Positions 11,077 to 23,317 of a DNA stretch of 64,000 bases are shown here, piece by piece. The stretch spans positions 1,240,001-1,304,000 of the forward strand of contig NW_027117346.1 in assembly GCF_038025025.1 (NCBI RefSeq), in the 5' to 3' direction. The stretch's first letter is position 1. Every line of letters starts with the position of its first letter. Position numbers and translations under genes: made by a program. This DNA is from Phyllosticta citribraziliensis (lineage: Eukaryota). The notes below the pieces were generated by a model that saw only the letters and a list, made by a program, of their open reading frames with translations, did no database searches and was not told the origin of the DNA.

Positions 11077-13220
11077 TCATCCGCTGGAATCTGTCTTTTT
11101 GGTCGTGTCGTCGACGTCGAGAGGAGTCGGGGCGCCACGCGCAGCAGAGGAATCCTGCTCCTCCTGTTTCCGCGCCGCACCACCATCACCACCGCCACCA
11201 TCCTCTAATGACGGCACGGGCTTAGAGCGGCTCTCTTTGTCACCGTACAGCGACCTCTCGTCATACTCGCCATCGTCAAAGTCGGCATCCATGTCCGACT
11301 TAAAGCCCTGCTGCCTCTGCAGCTTCTCCTCCCTCCTCGCCGCAACCTCGTCCAACATCTTCTTCTTCTCCCGTTTCCATTTGTTGACTGCACTGTCGGG
11401 GACAAAGATCGGGACGTGTTGCATCTCTGGCAGCCGCTTGAGCAACTTGCCGCGCTTTCGCTGGAGTGCGCGCTGCTGCCGCACCTCCAGGGACTGTGTA
11501 ATTTGCTGTTCTTGTTGCTGCTCGGGTTTTGGAGGAGTGTCGTTTTCGCGGATTGCTTGTAGGTTTGATGGTCGCAGGAAGGAGGTCGATTCGTTGGTGA
11601 GGTGGCTTTTGACGCCTGTGGCTCGCCATTCGGCGCTGTTGGCTTTGATGATGGCACGGCGAGATCGTGGCGGTTGTGGTGATGATGATGATGATGAGGG
11701 CGAAGAAGATGATGGAGAAGCAATCGTGTCCTCAGATCCCGACGATTGTTGCTGAGGTGTTGACGGAGCGGTGTACTTTACCTGGCCTGCATCATACTTT
11801 TCAGGCGTGCTTTGGCGCATTTGCTCCTCAACAGCGCGCTCGTACACCGCGGCCAGCTTCTCCGGGTCTAACTCCAGCTTCTTGCGGTCCTGATGCTCCC
11901 TTCTCCTAGCTTCCTTCTCGAGCCTCTCCCGACCTTCTTTCGAGTCCTCACTAATCTCCACCTCCACGTTTTGCAGCTCGCACCAGTCATTTACGATCTT
12001 CTTGACGCCGCGCATCAAGTCGATGCAGCGCGGCGTCTTGTCGCGGCTCAACGCGTCCTCCTCCTCGGGGTGGAGATACCTCAGGAACGCGTGGTCCTCG
12101 TACACCAGCGCCTTCCACCCAGCATTCGCGGCTGCAACGGCGTCCTTGTTGATGTCGTCGCCAACGTGCAGCCGGTAGAAGGGGTACGGCCACGGGTGCA
12201 GCAGGCTGTGCGTCGCCGGCGCCGGCAGCCGCCGCATCATGTCGGCCGCGTACCGCTCGGCCAGGCCAAATATCTCGCGCTCCGGCTTTTGATACTCGGC
12301 GTCGTAGCTTGCCAGCACGAAGTCAAAGTCGGGCCGCTTGGCGCGGTCGATGAGCGGCGGTTGCGGCCGCTGCTCCTCCTGCTCCTGCGCCGACGAGCTC
12401 GAGTACAAAGTGTTTGCAACGGGCTGGATGTGGCGCATTGGCTCGTCGTCGCCGACGCTGAAGCCAAGGGACCGCAGGATCGACGCGATGCGTGGGTCCG
12501 AGTTTGATATGACGCCAATTATGACTGGGAAGTCGGAGTTGGCTTCGATGTTGCGCAGGGTTTTGATGGTCGAAGGTACCGACTTCATGTAGTGGTAAAA
12601 TGCGGACCCGGAGAAGCGGTTGATGAGGTCTGAGGCGAGATGTTGAGGCACCTTTTGTCCTGGGGCCGCGCAGGCTTTGAATGTCTCGTTCACTACCTGT
12701 CATCTTGATTAGCTAGACACGTTTGGCAAAAGCACGCAGATAGCGGAGATTGGCTTCTGAAAGAGGTTGAAAGGAATCTACTAACCCTGGACCACCATTC
12801 GTCTGGCGAGTTGAGGTTATTCTTTCCGTAATTCGGATAGATACTCTGGTTCTCTCGCAGGGCTGCATCTCGCCACATCAGTCATCAGCATCTCATCCTC
12901 GTAAATATCATCATTCTTGGGCAGGCTTTCAGCGCCAGAAGACGAAGGAGAGCCCTCGAAGAAAAACGAAAAAGCCGAAGAGTGAAGGGAGCGCAGATAG
13001 AAGCAATTGTCCTACTCTCAAACAACTCGTTGCACTAACCTTTCCCAAACTCTTCATTCAACTTCTCTGGTCCCTGAATGAGCATCCCATGCTCTTTAGC
13101 CACGGCCTCGTACATCAAATGGATCGGCGCGCGCGGCCGGTACAGCGTGCCGTAAGCATCAAAGGTAACGAGCAGCGGCCGACTCAGCCGCTTGACGCGC
13201 GCGATGCGTGTGAGGCTCAT
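11077..13220 (-). CDS. HAD-superfamily hydrolase (HDHD3/DREG-2-like) with a long low-complexity C-terminal extension; exons 13220-13040, 12862-12786, 12696-11077
   Basis: Motif I LLVTFDAYGTLY, GVISNSDPR, YQKPEREIF and HVGDDINKD..NAGW. Two GTTAGT..CAG introns keep the frame. Confidence 0.82.
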
Positions 13221-14747
13221 ATTCCCTTGCTCTTGCTTCACCAATTTTCTGGCCGGAGTTGACGTCGAGCTTGGTTCCTGGGATTGTGTTGATGATTGAT
13301 GGTCCGGCGGGCCAGATTAGGTGGCGAAGGGGGTCCTGGTGGATGGGATTAATGACAGGAGAAGAAGTCAGTCCATGTTGTTTGACTGCTGTGTTTCCGA
13401 GGTATCAATGGGCCCGTATTTGATGGTTTGACTCTTTCCGAGATTTGTTGGAAAATTGGAGCTTGCGACAGCTTTTTTTCTTTCTCTCTTCTTTTTCTCT
13501 CGAGCTCTCTTAGAAGATCGATTCAAGTTTCCGTGGCCCCAAAGCTGTCAAGGAGAGGAAGCGGTTTTTGAGATGCGGCACATGGTCTTTCGTTCAATCT
13601 CGAGTGTTGAAATGGTCGTTTTCACTGGTTTGGGAAAACGTCACGATTGTCGTCCGTCGTCAGGTGTCTTCGATTACTCAGCCACCCGCAGACCGCCAAG
13701 GCGCTAGCGAACTGCCAATCATTTGACCTCCTGGATCTCTCAAAAGCTACATCGAACCTAATGACGTCTCTGTAAGAAGAGTTGCCAGAATTCGCACTGG
13801 TGGTTTTCTCATCGTCCCGCTGGATATCAGCGTTTAAGCGAGGCACAGGTACTACACAGCACATATTCGAAGCACCCACGGGTTGGATAAACCAGATTTT
13901 GATTACTACCGTACAGTTGAAAGAAAGCGGAAAGGGGAATGGACGAGAAACAGAGCGCTGAAGTCCAAAAGGGGAAACGCTTTTGATCACCCATCAATCA
14001 CGGAAAGAGCCACGACACCTTTCCATCCTGCCCAGATACCCCACTATCCCGAGATTCCTTGAACAAGAGGTGTCTCGTCACATCGCGCCTCGACCCGGAA
14101 GAACTGTGAAATCCATCGAAAAAGACGCCTCGAAAAACTTGAAATCGGAAAAGGAAAAAGGGAACGGCGAGTGAAGGAGACAGACTGAAAAGTTGGAGAA
14201 AAAGGCGGAACAGCAGCCAGATGAGCAGGCGAGGTGTGTAGCGTAGGCGATTGCAAGTAGACATTAAGGGAGGCCTTTAAGTCCAGTTCGTCCTATCGTA
14301 CAGGATGCGGGCAACGACTCGCAGGCGGCCTTCAACCCTAAGGATCAGGCCAAGGAAACGAAAACTTCGAGGTCCTGGAGCGCAAGTGACTTTTTTGGAT
14401 ATGCTCTCCGATATTGCCGCTGCTGTTTCGAATTGAAAAAAGCTCAAGGAAAGAGTAGTACGTGGTATTCTTGATGAAAGGTTCCAAAAACGTTGTGATG
14501 CGCCGCGCTCCAAGACCGTAACGTCGTAACGTCATCAGGAACATTGCATGGCTTGATGTGTGCCTCGCGATGCCGAGCATAGGGCCTGCTCTTATGCAGA
14601 TGGCGTCCTGTTAAACAGATCACGCTGGCTTTCAACCAGAACCCGAAACGAAAGCTGCTTCGTGCCCGAGTCGGATGAGTAAAAGCCAGCGCCAAGAGAG
14701 CCCTGCTCCCCGACTCCAGAAGAAAAAGAGGATTGCAGTGTCTATCT

Positions 14748-16918
14748 CTAGACACGACGAGGGGCGAACGTCCCCGCAATGGGACCAGTCTTTCTGGCCA
14801 GAGGGCTGGCGCGCGGCTGCAAGGTATCTGGGTCCTTGGCACGCTTCTTCTTACGCATGGGCGTAATGATTGCGTCGGCAGAGGCGCCGGTGCGTACGGG
14901 GCGGGAGGCGGACGCGCGCAGGGCAGGGTCGTCAGGGAGGCGAGCAATATCGCGGTAGCGGTTCTGATTCCGGCGGAAAGACGTGACGTTGCCGCGATCA
15001 AAGTGCTGAAGCATCTTCTCACTCATTTCGTGGGCCGCCGACTTGGCAGGCGTGTGTCCAGCATGAGCTTTGGTAGGGGAGCCGTCAGTAGGGGCATCAG
15101 TCTCGTCGGCCTCCTCGCTGTCACTCTGGCCGAAGTCGATAAAGTCCGCGACGTCGAGCATGTTTTCCATGTCGTCATCGTCATCGTCTTCATCAAAATC
15201 TTCGTCAATGAGGTCATCGTCGCCCATAGCCGACCATTGGTTAGACATGGTCAGGGCCAGGTCGAGATCTGTACCAAAAAAGCCACCGAGGGCCATCAGG
15301 TTTGACAAGGTCTGGTTGTTGGTGTCACTGAACTCGCTCTCATCCGCGTTCATCAGCTGGCTCTTGGGGCTATTGTTGGCCGTGCTGCTGGCCGTGCTGA
15401 CGGCCCAGGACGAGCCGTCCCTGACACGCCCCGGGATGAGCACCATGCGCTTGCCAGTACCGTCAATGTAAGCCAGGGCTCTCTTGGGGTCAACTGCGAA
15501 AAAGCCACGCATGGGGCCTTTGCGCTTATTGGGCTTCTTTGGGGGTAGCATCTTTCTGGTGCGCGGCAGCGGCTTCGGGGTGGCGCTACTGGTTGAGGAG
15601 GTTGAGTCACGGTGAATACGAGCCGGTGTGGTAATGGTAGGCGGTGGCGGGAGTTCTTCATCAGTAGTGTCTCCTTCGTCGGCTTCAACATTGTCAGCGT
15701 GGATCTAGAAACAAGGAAATCCTGAACCCTACTCTCGTAGCCACTGGAGCCAGCCTCTGACTCCGAGTCTGACTCTGCATTCTCGTCTTGATCATCGTCC
15801 CAGTCACTAAGCTTGTCCTTGTCGTCTCCAAAGTCCCAGTAAGATCGTTCGCTGTCACTAGCAGTCTCATCAAGTACGTTCTCGGGATCGTTGCTGGCTC
15901 GAAAAACAAGAGGATCGTTCTGGAACAGATCAGGCCAGTAGCTGTTGAGGTCCTCGGACGACGTCTCGTCGCTGTCAATGTCCGACACCGTGTGCACCTG
16001 ATCGTCGAACCTGACGCGCCTCGTCGTCGGCTTTTCTTCAGGGTTGAGTGCATTGGCGGTTTCTTCGTGGACAGGCCACTCGTCGTCCCAGTAAGAACTA
16101 GGAAACGCTGGGGCGGAGTCGTCGTCAATGGTAAAGAATTCGTCGTCAATCAGGCCATTTTGGAGCAACATGGAGACATCGGGCCCGTCTCCATCGACCT
16201 CGCCAAAGTCGCTCTCGTCGTCCGAAGAATTCTTGAAGGCCTTGCGAATAGCTTTCTCTTCCAGGGTCTCATCAATGTACTCGTCATTGTCCGAAGGGTC
16301 AATGTCCTCGACAGCCTTGTAAATCTCGTCGTCGTCGGACGAGTCGAGTACGTGCTCAGGAACACCAGCTGGGATGCCCTTTTGCTCGCCTTCGTAGGCC
16401 ATGAGGCCTAGTTCGTCTTCGCCAAGCGTACGGGCCATCTTCCTGCGAGGATAGTCTGCGTCTCGCTGGCCATGTTCGTCATGGTGGCTCTCTAGATTAG
16501 ACAGGATGCTAGTTGAGCTAAAGGTACGCTTCTTGTTGGGGCCTGGCGCAAGCCCATTTTCCTGGGTTGTCCCCGCCTTGCGGCCTTCTTCCCGACTCAT
16601 GTCGACAGAGTCAATGCGGATGCCAGGGCGCTTCCCTTTGCCCAAGCCAGAGCCGCCAGACGGGGCAATTATCCTTCCTTCGTCTTCCTCAGCATCCGCC
16701 TCATCCGCACCCTCGTCGTCGCCTTGGCCTTGGCCTTGGTCATTGTCTGAGCCTTCACTAGTGTTTGGCTGGATTCCATTGGTTGAAATGTTGTTTTGGG
16801 CAGTCTGCTTGGATGGCGACTGACTGCTTGCCTTTGAAGGGGTAATTTGGTGGTTGCTGGCCAGGAGGTCGGCCGAGCCGCTCTCTGGAGTAGATCTTCC
16901 GGCACGTGCCGATGCCAT
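14748..16918 (-). CDS. Acidic, largely disordered nuclear protein, Ifh1/Crf1-like; exons 16918-15733, 15682-14748
   Basis: Two long ORFs are joined in frame by a 50-nt intron (GTAGGG..GCTGAC..AAG, 15732-15683), giving SSGYETDEGDTTDEELPPP. Also RRVRFDD, HFDRGNVTSFRRNQ and TPMRKKKR (NLS-like). The gene is well supported; the family call is inference. Confidence 0.7.
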
Positions 16919-18104
16919 TTTGCGTCGAGATTGAGTGATTGAAGTGTTTTGGTAGCAGTCGAGCGACGGTCGTCGTTGGTTGAGGTGGAGTCGCAAGGGA
17001 GAAAAGGGTGAGAGGTGTCAGGTAAGGAGGTTGAGAGGTGGTGTTGAAGGCGCAGCAAGTCAAAATGTCGAGGGCCTTCGTCTTCGGACGATGCTGATGA
17101 TGCGTTTTGTAATCTGTGGGACCTGAAGGAGCCTGGAGGGCGGGCGATCAGGCCGTGGAGTCGTCGAGCCCGTCAGGAAAGGCGGGCAATGAAGTTTTGC
17201 CGCTGTACTCGTGAAGCTCCGGGGCGAAATGGAAGTATTTCTGCAGAATACGAATGGACTTCAGGCGGGTTGCTTGAAGCAATCGGAGCTGGGGATCGTC
17301 GTAGAGTAGATGTAATTCTCGATGGGCTGCCGGGACTGGAGGGCGCACCAGGACGCGCACCCTCCAGCGGGGGATTTACAGCTCAGCGACAGCCTGCGGC
17401 ATTGTTCTCGACGAAGTTGGGGTCTCTGGATGGATTGGGATTGTAGGTGTTGGTTTGGTAGGGCGACTTCGTTGTCTGGCGTAGAATGGTGATGTTGGAG
17501 GGAGAGGAGGGTCGGGCGAGAGGTGGTCGAACATTTTGTGAGGGCTGCCCTTGGGACGCTAGGACCAAAAGGGGCAAGCGGTAAACAGGGGTGCGGGCCT
17601 GCTTCAGGCGCGCGAGTCCGGCATTTGCGCGCCCTGCGGCCCCTCCATTCCATTGATTGCCTCGACGTCTAGACGGCATTGTTGGAGTGTCTACATGTAC
17701 TCGGATTGTCCATTTGATCAAGTCTCTCTGCGAGGCCGTTGGAGAGGGAGCGAGGGAAAAAAGTGCTGTCGCCCGTTGATCCAAAATTAAGGCTGCATGT
17801 CGGGAGAGCGGGCCAGCCACAAAATGAGCCAATCAGGCGGCGCTGGCATGATGCACATGCAAACCTCCATCATGGCTGCAGGCCAATAACTGAATTGGCA
17901 ACTCAAGAGTCATCTACTACATGTACTCTCTTGCTCTAGTGTGCACCCGTCAGCTCGACTGCTGTCTTCGCTCGTTGTTTGGTTTCGTCGTCGACTCATC
18001 TCTCGCGGCCCCACTCGGCCTTGGGATGTCGTTTCCCTCAGATGCCATCACCACCCACGTCCTCAGCTGAGCCGCCGATGAGCGGTGTGGGTGACGAGGC
18101 TGCT

Positions 18105-18130
18105 TGCACTGCACTGCACTGCACTGCACA
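18105..18130. repeat. (TGCAC)5 microsatellite
   Basis: tgcactgcactgcactgcactgcac read directly. Confidence 0.9.
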
Positions 18131-20862
18131 CCTCACCCAGGTCAGTTCCATCTGCGCCATCTCACCGTCTGGGCAACGCCTGCGCTGTCCTGTACGACAT
18201 GGGCCACGCTGGCCGATACTGTCTGCTAGCTTCACTTCCGTTGGCCTAGCTCTGGCTTCTTCCCTGCCCTTGGCGCCCGTCGGCCCTGCGTCTGCGTCCC
18301 CCTTGCATTCCTCTGCTTCCACTCCTCCACCAAACTCCACCTCCGCCAATCACGCCTCATGCAAAACCACTACCCACGTCAATCGCCTCCTCGCTTCCGT
18401 CACTCTCGGATCAATTTACGTGAGTCTTTGCTCTTCCAGACCCTGACTTGGCCTCTGTCGTGGTCGTGAGACATCACGCTTCCAACCACGCTTTCCACGA
18501 GCTGTCCGACACCGCACTCCTGCGTTGTGAGGGAGCAGAAAGAAAAAAAAAAAAAAAAAACCCCCTCCTTCCCTCTGAACCCTTTCTGTCTTTGGCATGC
18601 AAACGCCACCTACGCCCAGCCTTGTCTTCTGCCCTGCGCATTCCTCTGTCCACGCAGCTTATCCCATCATTCGACCGTTTCTCCAAAACCCTTGGTCCAA
18701 ACAAGCTTTCATTCTCCCCACCATCATCACGATCCCCATCGGTGCCCCCTTGCCACCTCTGCACGTCATTGCCCCTCGCCCCCGCAAACCACTCCAAATC
18801 ACGTTGCCCTTGCGCCCCAGTTTTGTTCCGGACCTCTGTGCTTTCCGCCTTCCTCTCAGGACTTTTTTTTTTTTTTTTTTTTTTCCTTCTCACCCCCTTC
18901 CTCCGTTCTGCTGATATCGTATCACGCACGTTCGCACGGGACCTTCCTCGGCTGCAGAATTTTTCTTTTTTTCTTCTCCGTCAATCATCATGCGGGGCAT
19001 CCGAAAAGAGCAGCAATGCTGTCATGCGTTTCGAATTGATGGTGATTGCGCAGGTTGCTACTCCATCGGTCGAGAGGCATGAGATGCTGCTGCTGTTGCT
19101 GCATGCAAGGCGGCGCGCTCCGACATCTTCAAGGGTCTGCACCAAGGACATGCGCACGCAAAGAAGCCTCATACCTGTTCTCTGCAGCGATGCACACGAC
19201 GAAGCTTCACGCATCGAGCACCCTCTCGCGCATGTCGCAGGCAGCCCTTCGGGGCGGATCGCAACCTGTCTCGAACAAACTCTTCACGGCTCCTTCAAAC
19301 CTCACCTTGGACCGCGAACAGTAGAACTGTGCACCCGCAGCGAAGATTCACCCTTGTTCTATTGGCGCCACCGGAATTGGACATTTGCAAGCAATGATGT
19401 CTGACAATCGGCATTCTGGATACCGGATTCGCTATGAATGACATGACTCAATGTCTACACATTGTGCCGATAGCTGACTACGATTCATGCAGATAGGTCC
19501 ACCACTGAAGAAGGTGGAGCCAGAACCGCAAGACTGGACAGCTAGCTGTGAAGTATGGATTCGGAGGTAGACTCGGGAGAGCGCAGGCATGAATTGGCCG
19601 CTACGATTCACGTCGAGTTGCCTGTCGTCCCGGAAGTGCGCTTTACGGCCGCTGCCCATGAAAAGGAGATCCGTCTCCCGGACGCTGCAGATGACGGGTT
19701 GGGGGTAGACACGCAAGACAAAACGACATCAACTCACGCTGGCTTCACGCCTACCACCTGATGTCCCAAGTGCGCTCTTTGAGCTCCTACAACGAACCAA
19801 ATCTTGCAGTCATTGCAGATGGGAAGTTGTTTGTCAGTCTTTACGGAATTCCGAATTTTCAGGCGCATTTGATCGAAGTCGGTGCCTGAAGAAGTGGTTC
19901 CTGGTCAGGAATTGTCATGCTGTTACTTTGTCCTCGTCGACTCTTCTGCGCTTTGTAATGAAACTGGGACTTTGGGACTTGCGCTTGACTAGCCACACTT
20001 GGGTTGAATCTTGTGGTGGTTCTGTCGGGTTGAAGTGTGCAGGCGGAAGGCTCCAAGGCTCGAATTGAAGGCATTTCCACCCCGGAAAGCTAAAGTTGCT
20101 TGAGCCTGGGTAGAAGGAGACTCAGTTTGCTGTGACGATGTGTGGATCAAAGGATGAGTTGAGGCGGACTGCGCAAGTGCTAGAAGCTTCATGGCTATTG
20201 CTACCACCTGCGCCTTCTGCCAGCAGGTCTCCCGTCGAAAATGGGAGCTAGAACTTACACCGCTACCTCTCACCATGGAGCCTTGCTGGCATGCAACCAG
20301 CGACTGTGGACTGCCTGGGCTTCAAACAGGACTCGGCAGGAAATCAAACAAGACCTCGAGATCCAACACCCCCTGTCCAGCTGCTACGCGAAGAGAGAAA
20401 CGCTCGAATTTGACATCTGCGACGCCGCGGTATGCATGAGACCATTACTCCCGACGTCATCAATACCCTCAGACGGATGGTAGATGATGTCTGATTAATA
20501 AAAATCCCGGAACATCATTTGTATCAAACAATCAGTTGACGAACAGGAAGCACTTCAGCTTTTCAAACTTGCAACATAAAAAACATCTGGAGCATCCATC
20601 TACCTGCAAGTCAGTGTATGGAGAACGCAATTAGCGGAAGCCCAGGTACGGTCTTTGTCACCAAGCATCGACGAGACAGTTTCATTGTGTGAACAATAGA
20701 GGCATACACCAACAGATAAATTGCTATACAGTTGATCGAGGGGTATGAACTCAAACGCTGTACAAGTACAAAAGCCAAAAAATCGTCATGCCATCATAAT
20801 GCATTGCCAAACCCGTCCATCCATCCAGATATGCAATTAATTAGTCAATCCTCTCCACACGT

Positions 20863-22525
20863 TTACGAGGTGGTGGTCTTGACACGGGGGTCAAGCTTGT
20901 TGAGGATGTTGGACTTGTGGGGCGGGTGGCTGCCCTCCTTGACGTGGGTGGTGTTGGTGTTGTCCTCGTGCTCGTGGGTGCCTGTGGCAGCGTGTCCCGA
21001 GTCGGGGCGGGTGTGCTTGGAGGTGTCGGTCTCGAGGCCCTCGGACCCGTAGCTGCCGGGCGTTGCGCCGGTGCCCACATTGCCCGTGCCGGTGGTGTGG
21101 TGGCTCTTGGTGCCAGTGGTGCCGGTGCCGGTGGTGTTGTGGGTGTTGTGAGTGCTGGTCGCGAGGTCGTCGCTGCCGTAGCTGCCAGGAGTCACGCCGT
21201 GGAGGCCAGCAGCGCGGTTGTCGCGATCAGAGTCGATGCGGGGGTCGGCCTTGTTGGCGGCGCCGGAGGAGTGAGGTCCAGCAGCAGCGCCGGTCGAGGT
21301 GCCCGTCAGGCCGCGGTTGTCGCGGTCAGAGTCGATGCGAGGGTCCGCCTTGTTGGCGGCGTTGGAGCCGTGAGGGCCAGCGTTGGTAGAGGAAGTAGTA
21401 CCCTGACCAGCCTCCCTCAGGACGCCGTTGTTGTCCTCACGAGTGGGGAGACCTGCGTTGCTGGGGCGCGAGACACCAGTCGGGTCGCCGTGAGTCTTGC
21501 CCTCCTTGCTGGGACCAGTCGAGCCAGTGTGGTAAGCGCCAGAGCTGTGCTCGGAGCCAGTCGGGTGAGCTCCACGGTTGTCGCGGTCAGAGTCGACGCG
21601 AGGATCGATCTTGTTGGCAAGGTTGGAAGAGTGAGGACCAGCAGCGGCGCCAGTTTGGTTGCCGGTCAGGCCACGGTTGTCGCGGTCAGAGTCGATACGG
21701 GGATCCGTCTTGTTGAGCACGTTGGAGCCGTGAGGGCCAGCGTTGGTGGACGATGGGTTGCCGTACGCTCCAGTGGGGTTGTGAGTGGCATGAGAGGCGT
21801 TTCCAGTGCCATAAGCACCAGTGTGACCGCGGTTGCTCAGGTCCGAGTCGACACGAGGGTCGACAGTGTTGGTAACGTTGGAAGAGTGCGGGCCTGCGTT
21901 GGTAGAAGAGTGGCCGTAGGTGCCAGTGGTGCCACGGTTGCTCAAGTCAGAGTCAACACGCGGGTCGGCAGAGTTGGCGACGTTGGAGCCGTGAGGGCCA
22001 GCGTTGGTAGATGAAGGGTGTCCGTAGGTGCCAGTGGTTCCGCGGCCGCTCAAATCAGAGTCAACACGCGGGTCGGCGGTGTTGGCGACGTTGGAGCCGT
22101 GCGGGCCAGCATTGGTGGATGAAGGGTGGCCGTAGGTGCCAGTGGTCGAGGTAGTGTTGGAGCCCCAGTTGTCGGCGGCAGGGTTTCCTCTGAGCTCACC
22201 AGCTCTCACGTCGGAGGGGTGCTTGTCGAAAGACGATCCGGGGTTGTGGGTACGGCTGCCGGTCTGGAATTCATTGACTCCGCGGTCCGCAATGGTCTGG
22301 TTCTGGGCAGCGCTGTCGTTGCTGCCTACGGCAGAGTCAGCAAAGGCGTTGATTTGTCCGCGAATGGCCTCGCCGGCTCCTCGGGTGGTGTCAGTGGAAG
22401 CCCCAATAGACTTGCCAAAAGAGGGGGTAGGGGTTAAGGAGGTGGGTGGAAGGGGGATACGTACCGTGAACGCTGTGGACGCCGCCCCTGAGACCGCTGC
22501 CTGCGTTGGATCCAATGTTCGACAT
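20863..22525 (-). CDS. Fungal dehydrin-like protein with DPR repeats; exons 22525-22465, 22379-20863
   Basis: Eight DPR motifs, seven of them in AGPH(G/S)SxxxNxxDPR(V/I)DSD units; rich in G/T/S/H. Start MSNIGSNAG; intron GTACGT..ACTGAC..GAG restores HGAGEAIRG. Confidence 0.85.
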
Positions 22526-22672
22526 GTTGATTGATTGAGTTGTTTGGGTATCAAAAAAGGTTCAAGTTCGTAAAGTGCGTTTAGATGAGCGTGAAAGTGC
22601 GTTGGGTAGTTGAGAGTGTTGGTTGAGTTGTTTGTTCTGAAGATGCCGTTTGAAAGTTCCAGGTCCATCAGG

Positions 22673-22707
22673 TATATATGGATAGAAAAAGACAAAGTGT
22701 GACGTCA
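22673..22707 (-). promoter_or_regulatory. TATA box plus perfect CRE (TGACGTCA) upstream of the dehydrin gene
   Basis: TATATA at about 22673-22679 and palindromic TGACGTCA at 22700-22707, 150-180 bp upstream of the ATG. Confidence 0.65.
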
Positions 22708-23317
22708 ATGGTTGTCAAGTAGTTGTCAATGCACGTCCAAGTTGGAGATGGATGTGGCGTCGTGATGTGGCTGGAAGCGGGAACGGGCGACGATCTCTGC
22801 TGGGCGGAGCGTCATGGCGACGAGGCGTGACATCACTTTGTGGCTGCGGGGTCGCCGCATGAAGGACGACTTGGCCAGCGATGGCAGCGATCAACCTGAC
22901 CCTGAGCCATCTTTAGCAACCAAACAGGGCAGCTGCCGCATCCCGTCGGTTTGATTCGATTCTTATGGCGTAAGGCTGGTGTCACCTCGCGGAACCGAAC
23001 GCGCAACCATCCCTCGCGGCGGTACCTCCTGCTCGGCCTGTTTGTCCAACATCCACCTCGAATCCTGTCAGCTTCACAAAGAAATGCCGTCGGCACGGAA
23101 GCCCATGGCGAACCAGCAGTGGGGGACCTGTTGTGGCGTCATGTCTCCTCGTCATGTCTTGATTCAATACCTGATTCTTGTCCGCGTTCCAGCTGCTATG
23201 CTGTGCCGCGCCGCGACGAATTCAATGCCTTACCATTTACCCAATGACACCATATGACCCCTTTCCGTCCTTGTTGTACGCCTGTTCCCCGCAAAACGCC
23301 TCCAGCCCCCATTCCAA

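Noticed and set aside
12878..12913. ATGATGA...CTGA in HAD intron 1 (minus strand) as a possible C/D snoRNA
   Set aside because: Boxes are only about 25-30 nt apart, with no terminal stem or recognisable rRNA guide; the CTGA overlaps the branch region.
18448..19404. 318-aa ORF with poly-K and poly-F tracts
   Set aside because: The tracts come from A and T homopolymers; composition is UTR/intergenic-like.
20917..22534. Tandem DNA repeats resembling a repeat-spacer (CRISPR-like) array, plus a 365-aa antisense ORF
   Set aside because: The repeats are degenerate at third codon positions and encode DPR motifs; the context is eukaryotic and there are no cas genes.
22526..22695. N-terminal extension of the 610-aa dehydrin ORF as given in the ORF track
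   Set aside because: It starts at a non-ATG codon and runs through the TATA box, 5'UTR and intron; the spliced start at 22525 fits better.
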